64,000 bases of DNA from a virus (lineage: Duplodnaviria > Caudoviricetes): IMG/VR virus record IMGVR_UViG_3300029305_005257, positions 4,853-68,852 of that record. One strand, 5' to 3'. Numbering within the stretch: position 1 is the stretch's first letter; the number at the start of each line of letters is the position of its first letter. Both the position numbers and the translations under genes were made by a program. The notes under the pieces were generated by a model. It did not search any database, had not been told where the DNA came from, and saw only the letters and a program-made list of their open reading frames with translations. This document shows, in pieces, positions 18,077-28,537 of this stretch.

Positions 18077-19963
18077 CTACTCCTCAAAATACTTTAAATC
18101 GTCTCCTACTTCTGTTAATATGTCGGATGCACTAGGTAATCCCAATACAACCTCTCCAAATGATAATACATCACCTTCTGACCACAATTCCATTACCCAT
18201 GCAGATGATTTTATTTTTGAATATGTTTTTTCATCTTTAGCGTCAACTATCCAAAAATTATTACAGAATGGCATCTTAACATCATCTGGATCTAGTAAGA
18301 ATACTTTACCAACTAAGGATTCGTTATTGGAATTAGCTACCATAACGTATGATGGGTACTCAGCACCAATATCTTCATCTATCACATGTTCGTGCACATA
18401 TTTATTTTCTTTACCCATTATTATTGTACCAGATGATTTAATATGTGCTGGTGACATTACATATGCACCTGAGAATTTTTCATCTTTCTTTTTCTTATCA
18501 TCTTCTTCATCGTCATCTGATTGATCATATGAATCAATTAATGTAAATTCTTCTTCATTATAGTCTTCTTCATTGTCAAATTTAACTGAGAATTTTGGTT
18601 CTGGTAATTTCATTTTTGATTTATTAGAACCCATTACGCTATTACATTCCCTATACGCAAAATCTCTAATCGCCATAGTTTCAGTAATAGTCGTAGTAAA
18701 TATTTCGTAGTTTAAGACACAGTCGTTACATATGGTATCAGTTACAAACATCATATCATTATTTTTACTTTCAATTCCATACTGTAAAAGGACATCTTTT
18801 ATGTTATATAGGATAAAGGTCCAAAAATCTAGATAACAGAAAAATTTAAATTGACCATATTCTGAATAATTTAACTTTTCATCATTTAGTACATCTTTTG
18901 CAACTTGATTCAATCTAAGAGATTGTAATGAACCTCTAGATACTCTTATACCTGCATATACAGGTAGTTGGTCGATTGGAATAGATGAGGAGAAGATGTT
19001 CGATATATGTCTTCTTTTTTGTGCTTTTGGATTTTTATCTTCTTTAAAGTAAAAATTTCTACCTTTTCCAATCAACTCTGCATCAGATATAATTGATGCC
19101 GGATCCTTTCCATGATATCTAAGACGTTCAATCATCTGATTTTCATCGTAAGGTAAGTTCCATACTAACCAGAAATCAGGAGAACATGCTTTAATAGTTT
19201 CAAATATGAATGTAATTAAATCAACTTCATCTTCAAACATGAATATCTGATAATCTATATAGCCATAAGATTCATCGAAGTTTTTATGGCATTCTGCTAT
19301 AAAATCGTCAACGTGTTCTATGAAATAATCTACTTGATTATAATACTTGGTTCTCAATGATTCGTAATATTCATATTTTTTATCAGATGGAGATAAATGA
19401 GGAATATGATCTTTCCTCAGTACTGCTGTATACATAGTTTTTCTATCACCATCTAAGAAGGATATACAATTAATAGGATCTGCACCAGGTATAACCCTAC
19501 CAACAGACTGAAACATGTCTGATTCAATATCGAGATATCCTAAAGATGGTTTCTTTGGAGCATCATTCCCATATTCCAATTTAAAGTGCATTAGATAGAA
19601 ATGCTCTATTTGAATATCTAGCTGAAATACATATGGACTAATTTTTGCATCATCAGGATTCTTCAATCCTAATAATTTAGCTGCCTCCTTATATCTAGAT
19701 TTATATCTAATCCTATGACACGTACAATGGTCTTTCTTAATAAAATTCTTAATATGTGTATAGTTTCGATACTCTGGTTTAACTATCCATATTTCATAAT
19801 ATGGATTCTCGATGGTTTCTACATATTTTTTACCAGTGTCTAAATCCTTATATACAAAATCTAAAATATCTGGTTGACTAAAATCGTTATAGGAACCACG
19901 GGTGTAATAAACATGGATAGGCATAAGGTTCTTTCCCTCCATGTTATTGGGTAAAAACTTCAT
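18077..19963 (-). CDS. DNA polymerase B, N-terminal part (3'-5' exonuclease plus motif A)
   Basis: ExoI YLDIESD, ExoII VWNLPYD, ExoIII YNIKDV, FSGAYV, motif A variant DEDIGAEYPS. No motif B or C. Confidence 0.9.
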   Translation of the reverse strand: MKFLPNNMEGKNLMPIHVYYTRGSYNDFSQPDILDFVYKDLDTGKKYVETIENPYYEIWIVKPEYRNYTHIKNFIKKDHCTCHRIRYKSRYKEAAKLLGLKNPDDAKISPYVFQLDIQIEHFYLMHFKLEYGNDAPKKPSLGYLDIESDMFQSVGRVIPGADPINCISFLDGDRKTMYTAVLRKDHIPHLSPSDKKYEYYESLRTKYYNQVDYFIEHVDDFIAECHKNFDESYGYIDYQIFMFEDEVDLITFIFETIKACSPDFWLVWNLPYDENQMIERLRYHGKDPASIISDAELIGKGRNFYFKEDKNPKAQKRRHISNIFSSSIPIDQLPVYAGIRVSRGSLQSLRLNQVAKDVLNDEKLNYSEYGQFKFFCYLDFWTFILYNIKDVLLQYGIESKNNDMMFVTDTICNDCVLNYEIFTTTITETMAIRDFAYRECNSVMGSNKSKMKLPEPKFSVKFDNEEDYNEEEFTLIDSYDQSDDDEEDDKKKKDEKFSGAYVMSPAHIKSSGTIIMGKENKYVHEHVIDEDIGAEYPSYVMVANSNNESLVGKVFLLDPDDVKMPFCNNFWIVDAKDEKTYSKIKSSAWVMELWSEGDVLSFGEVVLGLPSASDILTEVGDDLKYFEE

Positions 19964-20119
19964 AGCATATTTTCTCCTTTCTAAAAATCACCTTAGTGAT
20001 TATAAGTGTGTCAATTTATACATTTTGATTTATATTTGTTTTAACCACCTTATAACTCTAAGATTCATTTTAATAATATATAAATGAATCATTTAATGAA
20101 TAAAGAGGAGGAATTTATA

Positions 20120-21163
20120 ATGAATATATCTAAGAGTCTGGCTAGGTTTGCAAATGATGATAAATCTTCTTTCGATAATCCTTTTTCAGAGCCTAAATCA
20201 AAAATTAGAGTTTCGGATATGGAGAAACTATCTAAGTCAAAATCTAAATCGGAAGATGAGGATGACACTCCAAAGAAAAAGAAAAAAAAGAAAAATAAAT
20301 ATGATAAAATGTTCGAAAAATTTGATGAGATTCGTGAAAATAGACTTAAAGAAGACGGTCTTCTTTTTGATTCAATTTTATCGAGCTATGATCTTGATGA
20401 TGAAGATGAAGAACTTAAGCATTCTCTTATTTCTCAAGGTAGAAAATACGCCAGAGAAACTAGGATGAGTAAAGAATCATCAGAAATTGCAAAGATATTT
20501 AGTGGCAATGAGAAACTTGTTCAAGATATTATCGATGGTGCTAATGCAGATATTGAAAAACTTTCTACTGATATTAATAGAATGAGGGCTGTACAAACTG
20601 GTCGCAATAATAAACTTATTAGTGACATGTGTGAAACCAAAAAAGATTTATATGGTGTGGTGCTTAGTGCAGTTAAAGAATCTAATAGTATGAAAGTAAA
20701 GATGATCGAAATTCAATCCAAACTTGCTAAAGAAAATGCTTTGGCTGGGGCTGCTGGAGATGGTGATGCTTTAATCAGTAGAGCTATCGGTTCTCTTATC
20801 ACTGCTGGTAAAGGTAATGCTTTAGGTATGGTAGGGGGATATGCAGGAGTATCTGGTGCAAAGGGTGCAGATGAAGATTATGTATCTTTATCTTCAGAAG
20901 ACGATTCCGATGATGTATACGATGATGAATCTGAAGACGAAGACGGTAGAAAGTATCTTCAATATGAAGGTATGGGTATTCAATATGTGGCTACACAAAG
21001 AAAAGATGGCTCCATGAAAGTTACAGCCGAAGATAGAGATGGTAATCTTGTAGAAGATTATCCTCTACCTCCTGATGCAGATCATCTTAACTTTAGCATT
21101 AATGAAAAACTCGGTACTGCTACAGATGATTATTATCGAAAATATATTTTCCGAAAAGAATAA
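20120..21163 (+). CDS. Hypothetical protein (acidic/basic low-complexity, coiled coil)
   Basis: Start moved to ATG 20120 behind GAGGAGG. Confidence 0.75.
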   Translation: MNISKSLARFANDDKSSFDNPFSEPKSKIRVSDMEKLSKSKSKSEDEDDTPKKKKKKKNKYDKMFEKFDEIRENRLKEDGLLFDSILSSYDLDDEDEELKHSLISQGRKYARETRMSKESSEIAKIFSGNEKLVQDIIDGANADIEKLSTDINRMRAVQTGRNNKLISDMCETKKDLYGVVLSAVKESNSMKVKMIEIQSKLAKENALAGAAGDGDALISRAIGSLITAGKGNALGMVGGYAGVSGAKGADEDYVSLSSEDDSDDVYDDESEDEDGRKYLQYEGMGIQYVATQRKDGSMKVTAEDRDGNLVEDYPLPPDADHLNFSINEKLGTATDDYYRKYIFRKE

Positions 21164-21164
21164 A

Positions 21165-21196
21165 AAAAGAGGTAGTGATATATCACTACCTCTTTT
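21165..21196. terminator. Bidirectional terminator, perfect 32-bp palindrome
   Basis: aaaagaggtagtgata|tatcactacctctttt. Confidence 0.85.
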
Positions 21197-21207
21197 AATC
21201 TCTTGTA

Positions 21208-21618
21208 TTACATCCAAGATGACAACGGTTTATCATCATCGTCATCTCTACTTCTAGAGAAACCTGGTCTAGGTTTTTTCTTGGACATTAATCCAGGAAT
21301 TACCATATCTTTTGCATCTTCATAATCGCCTGAATTGTTATTTGATATATTATTACGATAAAGATTGTAATAAATTTGTTTCTCTTTTTCATCTCTTAAC
21401 GCAGAGAATGTAAAGATCACTATCGTACTGTCAGCTGTCAATTGTATTCCTGTGATACCTGCAAGACCGATGCAACCTGTACCTTTAATAATGACTGGAA
21501 CGTAAGAATCCAAGTTATATAAACGAGTTCCTGTCAATGCTACATCATACTGTCTCCCATTCTGGAATGTTGTTCTGCTTTTTTCTACTACGAGAAAAGA
21601 TTCAAATTGGTAATTCAT
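21208..21618 (-). CDS. Hypothetical protein (136 aa)
   Basis: ORF with AAGGGAGG RBS. Confidence 0.75.
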   Translation of the reverse strand: MNYQFESFLVVEKSRTTFQNGRQYDVALTGTRLYNLDSYVPVIIKGTGCIGLAGITGIQLTADSTIVIFTFSALRDEKEKQIYYNLYRNNISNNNSGDYEDAKDMVIPGLMSKKKPRPGFSRSRDDDDDKPLSSWM

Positions 21619-21645
21619 ATATTTTTCCTCCCTTAATAATGAATT

Positions 21646-22770
21646 TTATTTATTAAAAGCGATATCGTATATATATACGACAACGCCTTTAAACAATTTT
21701 AAATAGTCTAGACCAACTTTTGACTTTGCTTCATTATATAATTCTTCCGATTCATATTTTTCCTTATCTAACGGAATCCAAGTACATTCAATCTCTTCTT
21801 CATTTTTAAATGGTTTCTGATATTCTAAATCGTATAAGTTAAGAGAAATATCTGCAAGATTTTGAAACATGACAATTGCGTTTTCTTTATATAATCTTGC
21901 TTTAACATTTACTTTCTTATCTAATTTATCACCAATACCAGACACATAAGAAATATAGTAATAGAAGAAATCCACATATTTTTTATCTACTCCTATTATA
22001 TTAGGAATCTCATTAAAACCAAATGTTTTTTTAACCATGGATTCTATAGTATCTTTTTTGAGATACTGTCTATAGTTATTTTTAATGGTTTTAGGATTAT
22101 GATTTTTAATCAGATCATTAACCCACACAAAACCGTTTCTCTTACAATAGATATTTAAAAGTTCTTTTAAATATCTATTCAAATTTTTATTTAGAACTGG
22201 TCTTTGTATAGCTTCGGTATAATTTTTCCAAGCAATATCATATAACATAGCATTCTTTTCCGACGTTGTCATTTTATCAACATTTGCCGATAGTGCTTCC
22301 ATCTTAGAATCAATTTTATTTAAAGTATCTTCTAAGAATTTTTTATTAATATCATATTTATCGAGGAATGAATGCACCTGCATATCTATTGATACACCCT
22401 GTTCTTCTTGAAGTTTGTTGTAAAATCTTAATTCTTCTTTTGCCTGAACATGTGCATCATTTTCTTCTAAACTGGCAACTTTTTGAAGATGTTTTACATA
22501 TTCTGGATACCCATCTAACATAGACCTAACCTGTTCTAGCTGAATAAGATACGCTTCTATTTTTCTTCTGAATATAGGTAGTTCTACGAAAGAACACGAT
22601 TCTATTTTATCGTCGATATGCGTTACATCAAAATCTGGAACAAATCGATCTTTTTTAATAATATAAATATCATCAATTCGTCTTTCCATAGAATTTTCCT
22701 TTCGAATAAATACATCCCCATCAATATCTAGCTGATGTTCTAAAATTTCTTTTGTTAATTCATTGGACAT
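21646..22770 (-). CDS. Hypothetical protein (374 aa)
   Basis: ORF with AAAGGAG RBS and TATATATCAT upstream. Confidence 0.75.
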   Translation of the reverse strand: MSNELTKEILEHQLDIDGDVFIRKENSMERRIDDIYIIKKDRFVPDFDVTHIDDKIESCSFVELPIFRRKIEAYLIQLEQVRSMLDGYPEYVKHLQKVASLEENDAHVQAKEELRFYNKLQEEQGVSIDMQVHSFLDKYDINKKFLEDTLNKIDSKMEALSANVDKMTTSEKNAMLYDIAWKNYTEAIQRPVLNKNLNRYLKELLNIYCKRNGFVWVNDLIKNHNPKTIKNNYRQYLKKDTIESMVKKTFGFNEIPNIIGVDKKYVDFFYYYISYVSGIGDKLDKKVNVKARLYKENAIVMFQNLADISLNLYDLEYQKPFKNEEEIECTWIPLDKEKYESEELYNEAKSKVGLDYLKLFKGVVVYIYDIAFNK

Positions 22771-22882
22771 AATTTTGTCTCCTTTCTTATTTGTAATACA
22801 CGAAAATGATATATAATCATATATAGATTTTGAATCTCTATACTAAAGTGTCTTTACTAAATACTAATATTATTGTGTAAAA

Positions 22883-22912
22883 ATACCCAGTATCAATGTT
22901 GATACTGGGTAT
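22883..22912 (-). terminator. Terminator
   Basis: atacccagtatca-atgt-tgatactgggtat. Confidence 0.75.
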
Positions 22913-22920
22913 GATACTTT

Positions 22921-25020
22921 CTAATTAATCAATTTAGATATAGAATCTATCAAAAATTGTTTATTGAGTACAATAACATCGTAAAAACAATTTAGAACAA
23001 ATAACGACTGAAGTACGACTGCACAAGCATATTGTACTAAATATAACGGTGATGATACATAATAAAAAAGATCTAATGTGGTAATTTCACCCTCTGGAAA
23101 TTTACCTATCCATTTTCCGATTTGGTAAAACATTTCTATTGTAGTCTGTTTATGTATGAATAAAGGATTGTTTGTATCACTTAAGTATTTGCTTACGATT
23201 AAAGAATACAACTGATTTATTATTCTTTTAGATATTTCTTTATTTGTCGCATTGGATTGATTAATAATCTCAATGGATATTGATCGGATATCATGTAAAA
23301 TATCCGTTATGTTTATTAATGATGGACGGTGATTTTCATATAAATATCTCAGACGTAAATCAACATCATCTATTATTGCTGGTTTAATTGTATAAAATAT
23401 TTGGTTATTACCATTAATAGCTTCAGTGATATCATCAATGAAGTTACTTTTGACAGCTTTAGACGCTAGCAATATATTCATATATACATCATATTTACAA
23501 AAACCATGATTTGAAATCGTTGTCATTATATCAATTAATGAGTTTACTTTTGTTACAATTTCCGGATTACCATTATCATGGATTTTTGGAGTATCATAGA
23601 TTTTCTGAGCATCATAGATTTTTGGAGCATTCTCTATAAATTTGCTAAAACTGTGGGTCATTTCATCCATCTTCGGATTTTCGTAATAAGATGATGGTGA
23701 AGTACCAAACAGTATTGCTGGTATCAGTTTAATACTAATTGTATTTGCAACGTGTTCGTTCTGCATTACGTAGTCATCAATTAGCTTATTACCTTTTCTC
23801 TTATTAATTATATTAAGACATGATTCCATAAGACTTATTAAATTTAAAATACTTGAAAAATTGTTCTTTAATATTTCATAGATCTTAAATATATCATTGT
23901 CTTTTATTTTGAACATCAACAGCGAATAAACAAAATCCTCATAGAACATATCAAATTTTTGTATATGCTTTATATCACCAGATGGTATATTTAAAGGACT
24001 ATCTATATAATTACATATAATATCTAATGACTTAATTATATTCTCATATTCTACAGGCATATCTAATACGTTTTCTAGTTCGAGATAATCCAAAATATGC
24101 AATTTTTCACTATCTTTTAATTCATTATAAATTGAATTATACATATCGTCTATTTTTGTACATATGCTAATTAATGAATTCCATTCGGCTATGTATTGGA
24201 TCAATTCATTAAATGAGCAAATTCTAGTTTTGAGCATGTTTTCTCTAATGAAAAATTCTATAAGAATTTCTTTTGATGATTTTTTATTGTTAAACTGTGA
24301 AATCAAAGTAATTAATAGTATAACATATTCTGTAATTTTATTCGTCATTAGTGTATTTTTATTTTTGTTTGTGGTTAGACATATAATAGACGAAGATGGT
24401 TCAAATATACCTTTGAGTATTCCAAAAGAAAAAGAACCATTTGGATAAAGGGTTTTGAATGCATTATATAGAGATTCTTCATGTTCTCTAAGATAATCGT
24501 CAAAAATATGACACATAAACTCAATCGTATGTTCGAATGCAATCATTAATGTTTTTAATGATTTTATTCCACCATTTAACTGTATTGCAGTAGTATAAGA
24601 ATTGAGTAAATAATTTAGAGGCCCTTTTTCTGAATCATCTAATATCATGTAAAAATTTCTAATATGGTTAGATAAAGCACCATTTTTAATCATATGCATC
24701 AATTCGAGATTTTCAGTTGTGATATTATTCTTTTCGAGCTGATCTTCTAGTTCTGCGAGTTTAGCATATGGTATATGAATATCGTTAAGAAAATAATCAC
24801 CCCACAAATTTACATCAACTTCCAATCTAATACATATTTTAATAATTGCTTCGTGCGCTATTCTAATTTCATGTAAACTCCTATTTTTTTCTGCTATTGA
24901 ACTCGGTGTATTAATTTGGATTTCTGGTAATTCCGTAGTATTTATCATAGTCTTAATATTTTCATTTAATAAATTTACCACTTTCGTGAATTCTATTAAA
25001 GCATTAGTTAAATTATTCAT
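22921..25020 (-). CDS. Hypothetical protein (699 aa, Ile/Asn/Leu-rich, probably helical)
   Basis: Long ORF overlapping the upstream gene, GAGGTG RBS. Confidence 0.75.
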   Translation of the reverse strand: MNNLTNALIEFTKVVNLLNENIKTMINTTELPEIQINTPSSIAEKNRSLHEIRIAHEAIIKICIRLEVDVNLWGDYFLNDIHIPYAKLAELEDQLEKNNITTENLELMHMIKNGALSNHIRNFYMILDDSEKGPLNYLLNSYTTAIQLNGGIKSLKTLMIAFEHTIEFMCHIFDDYLREHEESLYNAFKTLYPNGSFSFGILKGIFEPSSSIICLTTNKNKNTLMTNKITEYVILLITLISQFNNKKSSKEILIEFFIRENMLKTRICSFNELIQYIAEWNSLISICTKIDDMYNSIYNELKDSEKLHILDYLELENVLDMPVEYENIIKSLDIICNYIDSPLNIPSGDIKHIQKFDMFYEDFVYSLLMFKIKDNDIFKIYEILKNNFSSILNLISLMESCLNIINKRKGNKLIDDYVMQNEHVANTISIKLIPAILFGTSPSSYYENPKMDEMTHSFSKFIENAPKIYDAQKIYDTPKIHDNGNPEIVTKVNSLIDIMTTISNHGFCKYDVYMNILLASKAVKSNFIDDITEAINGNNQIFYTIKPAIIDDVDLRLRYLYENHRPSLINITDILHDIRSISIEIINQSNATNKEISKRIINQLYSLIVSKYLSDTNNPLFIHKQTTIEMFYQIGKWIGKFPEGEITTLDLFYYVSSPLYLVQYACAVVLQSLFVLNCFYDVIVLNKQFLIDSISKLIN
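23575..23628. repeat. Three 18-bp tandem repeats (PKIYDA/QKIYDT/PKIHDN)
   Basis: atcatggatttttggagt, atcatagattttctgagc, atcatagatttttggagc. Confidence 0.85.
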
Positions 25021-26290
25021 TTATAGTCACCTCTGTTGGAGTATATTTAAATATAAACATTTGCATTGATTTGATAAACATCTCATTCAATTTGTCATCA
25101 AATTCTTCATATGAAGACGCATTGAGAATAGTTGAAAGTATTTTAAAAGTATATAGTTGTATCGCTTCGTCAGCTTCATTTTCTGACATATCTTCTGGGT
25201 ATGTGTAATTCTTATCAGATGTATAGCATACACTAAACACTTCTTCGAATATTCTACCGAACTGCTGATATGTTTTACATAGCGTCACAAACGTATTCGG
25301 ATATTTATTTATTAAGCAGTAAAGATATGATAGTTTTTGTTCATTAAACTTTACCATCAATATTGATATATTCTCTACTGTTTCTTTACAGTCAAAATTA
25401 TTCTTTCTATCAAGGAATTGACTGAAATGCCAACACAATTTAGCATAATTTACATGACCATAAATATCATTAGGTTCTTCCAATGCATTGATAATTATAT
25501 TTTGAATATTTGATTTTTTTATAAAATAGTCAAATTTATCAATTACCATTAAAACCGCTTCGATTACATTCAAATGATTCTCGAAATTAATTATACAATC
25601 TTTCTCAAAATTGGTTAATCTTAATATAACATAATCATTAAGTAATATAGTGTTAGAAGATGTCCCTAATCCTTTAATTATATATAAAATCTTTGATAAC
25701 TTAGTCAACAATATCCTGAAATTATCTACTGTTAATCTACCAGAGAACAGCTGTGCAAGTAACCCTCCATCAAATCCGAATAAATATGAAAAAGTATTTT
25801 CCATTCCACCTAATAAAGAAAATGTTGAATCTGTGGCTAAATATTTATCATATTGCATCAATACTCTATATGTATCAACAACATCGCCCAGATTTAATTT
25901 GGAATATCTTATTTCATCATATATTTCCTTTAATAAACCAATGATAGTATTTTCAATACCTAATGGATCAATATGAACGATGAAAGATATGATATCAATC
26001 TTGTAATCAAAATCACCATCGTGAAACGATTTTAAGATCTGATTTCCAGCATCCCAATTTGAAAATTTCGTAAGTTGTTCTTTGTCTTCAAATGAGAGCA
26101 TTTCATACTCCACACAATAGCCATCTTTGTTTGCAATCATAGCATATAACTTTAGGAATTCCCTATAATCAAATACCGGAAAGCATTCCTTAAAAAAGCT
26201 ATCTAAAGATGTGTGTGTTACTTCAGAAATTAATTTTGCATCGTGATAAAATTGTTTAATTTTTTCATAAGTTGAAAGGGTTTTAAACAT
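25013..26290 (-). CDS. Hypothetical protein (425 aa)
   Basis: ORF with AAAGGAGG RBS. Confidence 0.75.
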   Translation of the reverse strand: MFKTLSTYEKIKQFYHDAKLISEVTHTSLDSFFKECFPVFDYREFLKLYAMIANKDGYCVEYEMLSFEDKEQLTKFSNWDAGNQILKSFHDGDFDYKIDIISFIVHIDPLGIENTIIGLLKEIYDEIRYSKLNLGDVVDTYRVLMQYDKYLATDSTFSLLGGMENTFSYLFGFDGGLLAQLFSGRLTVDNFRILLTKLSKILYIIKGLGTSSNTILLNDYVILRLTNFEKDCIINFENHLNVIEAVLMVIDKFDYFIKKSNIQNIIINALEEPNDIYGHVNYAKLCWHFSQFLDRKNNFDCKETVENISILMVKFNEQKLSYLYCLINKYPNTFVTLCKTYQQFGRIFEEVFSVCYTSDKNYTYPEDMSENEADEAIQLYTFKILSTILNASSYEEFDDKLNEMFIKSMQMFIFKYTPTEVTINE

Positions 26291-26348
26291 CTCTTTCTAC
26301 CTCCTTTTTTATAATATCTTATAGTTAGACTCAAACTTAAAAAAGAAA

Positions 26349-26382
26349 AAGAGAAGAGTAAATTATAATTTACTCTTCTCTT
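26349..26382. terminator. Terminator, perfect 34-bp palindrome
   Basis: aagagaagagtaaatta|taatttactcttctctt. Confidence 0.85.
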
Positions 26383-26389
26383 AAGATTA

Positions 26390-28405
26390 TTATTGATCAA
26401 TATATTCGCTTAATCTATCTACGAATAATGGGTCGATATGTGATGGTGCACTCTTCTTATAGAAAGATGCACTAGTCAATACTTGTTTTACATAACCATA
26501 TGATAGTGTAACTAAAGCAGATGGATTATGTTTTAGACTCATATTTACATTAAGTACTTGCACATCTTTATGATCTCCACTTCGACTGAAATCTGGTCTC
26601 TGAGTATCATCAGATTTTCTTCTTATTAAACCTCTAATAATCATTTCAATGTGCACGAAGTTATAATTGATTCCTATTGATGTGAATGCTTCTGCAGTAG
26701 CCTGACAAATGGCTGAAATATCACTTTTATCTTTAGGCTTATTCAAAACACTTTCAATGATTTTAATTGGTTCTGTAACTTCCACCGATTCAATTTCGAC
26801 CATAAATAATGGAACATCTCCATCATCCTGAGTAAAAATGCTTAATGGAATAGGTTTATCTTTATCCTTAGCTTTTCTGCTTTTGTAGTATTCAGTAAGC
26901 TGAGTAGATAAATATAACTTACTTTCTTTATTTTCCTTAAAATGATAAATAACCCCAGTGGATTCATCTAAGAAAGAGAATTGTTTTACAAAGTAATGTT
27001 CTTCATCCCCAATCTCCTCTATTTCGATATCATCAAGGATAATAGCAAGGTTATCTACGTTTTCTACATTTTCTAAAAGAGTTACTTCTGTAGAAGATAA
27101 TTCAAAGAAGTTATAGAAATCATCATTAAATGTAATTTGTCCTGAATCTGTGTTCTGCTCATGTTTTGCACTAAGTACTTTCTGTCCTAAAGGTTCTGAA
27201 TTTTTTGTAGCGGCAAATGAACCTGCACTAAACAAATCTTTGTTAATATCATAAAGACCACCATAGCAATATCTACACACTCCATCTTTACTATTACACG
27301 TGCACGGAGATCTAAATCTTACCTTCTTACCTATAAGAGATTTAGCTTCATCTGACTTATAATCTAATTCTCTCATTATTCCCATTTCATCATAATAATT
27401 TCTCTTATCAAGTAATTTGAGGAAATTCTTATCTTTGATCTCATAGTCTACAGTAACTACAGAATCGCAAGGTTCATTATCTTTCTTTAACACTGATGCC
27501 GATGTGGAAGATAAATTTATCTTCTTAGAAAATGCACCTGGTACAGACATATATTTCTTTGACAAAATTAAAGCTTTTCTAGCTCCTTGAGCTGACGTAT
27601 AAATATACGATGGTTTATATAGACCATCTACCAAGAAATTTGTATTAATTACTACAGGAATGGTTTGTCCATTGATATTACTCTTAAGAGCTATAACCAT
27701 AAATATTTCTCTAAACTGACCCTTGCTTAAATTCTTTCCTGCTCTCAGTAATGGAGCATATCCTGTATTACCATATTTAAATAACTCTATAAGTTCATCT
27801 GCATGTTCGGATATGATTCTTTCGATTTCTGCAGGTTGTAATTTCTCATCTAATTTATAATGAATCAATTCATCAATTCTAGGATTTTCTTTTGCTGCTA
27901 AAATAATATCTCGGATAGATACATTGAGACCCATTAATAAACTGAAGGACTTTGCAATTGCTGCCTGATTATGTCTTATCTCATCAAAAGTTTTATTCTT
28001 ACTAAGAATATCACCTGGATGATTATCGATAATATTATCATTAACCCAATTATACATTGTATTTATATCCATGATAGAAGGATCAATTAGATATTTTTCC
28101 GTTAAGAGTTCTGGTCGATTCATATCCATGAATCCGTACCAAAATACCATATTGTATATAAATTGATTCATCCATAATACGTGGATTTTAATATCCTCTT
28201 TTTTAAACTTGAAATGTACAGGATAATGTCTGATTTCTTCAATTTCAAAACCGTGTTTCATAATATCGATCATTTTTTGAAATATGAATGCAAATCCTTT
28301 TGGAGCTTCCAATACATCTTCCATTATCAAAAATCCATCTGATGGAAAATGTGCTAATAAAACTGATAGTGGTTCTGCCGGTGGGTTAAAATAATCAATG
28401 TTCAT
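26390..28405 (-). CDS. Multisubunit RNA polymerase beta' subunit, C-terminal half
   Basis: Bridge helix AQGARKALILSKKYMSVPG, Zn site RSPCTCNSKDGVCRYCYG, trigger loop AATKNSEPLGQKVLSAKH (cf. AAQSIGEPGTQLTMRTFH), HIEMIIRGLIR. Confidence 0.9.
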   Translation of the reverse strand: MNIDYFNPPAEPLSVLLAHFPSDGFLIMEDVLEAPKGFAFIFQKMIDIMKHGFEIEEIRHYPVHFKFKKEDIKIHVLWMNQFIYNMVFWYGFMDMNRPELLTEKYLIDPSIMDINTMYNWVNDNIIDNHPGDILSKNKTFDEIRHNQAAIAKSFSLLMGLNVSIRDIILAAKENPRIDELIHYKLDEKLQPAEIERIISEHADELIELFKYGNTGYAPLLRAGKNLSKGQFREIFMVIALKSNINGQTIPVVINTNFLVDGLYKPSYIYTSAQGARKALILSKKYMSVPGAFSKKINLSSTSASVLKKDNEPCDSVVTVDYEIKDKNFLKLLDKRNYYDEMGIMRELDYKSDEAKSLIGKKVRFRSPCTCNSKDGVCRYCYGGLYDINKDLFSAGSFAATKNSEPLGQKVLSAKHEQNTDSGQITFNDDFYNFFELSSTEVTLLENVENVDNLAIILDDIEIEEIGDEEHYFVKQFSFLDESTGVIYHFKENKESKLYLSTQLTEYYKSRKAKDKDKPIPLSIFTQDDGDVPLFMVEIESVEVTEPIKIIESVLNKPKDKSDISAICQATAEAFTSIGINYNFVHIEMIIRGLIRRKSDDTQRPDFSRSGDHKDVQVLNVNMSLKHNPSALVTLSYGYVKQVLTSASFYKKSAPSHIDPLFVDRLSEYIDQ

Positions 28406-28448
28406 AAGTAATTCTCCTTTTCTAATATAAATTGTAAAAATTTTTTAT

Positions 28449-28460
28449 TTAGTTACCCAT
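28449..28460 (-). other. 3-codon minigene (Met-Gly-Asn-stop) with a perfect Shine-Dalgarno
   Basis: AAGGAGGTG-actataaa-ATG GGT AAC TAA, 43 nt upstream of the beta' start codon. Confidence 0.45.
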
Positions 28461-28537
28461 TTTATAGTCACCTCCTTAATAAATTTAAAAAGGAACATAC
28501 TGCATTTATATACAATATGTTCCTTATGGTTATATCT

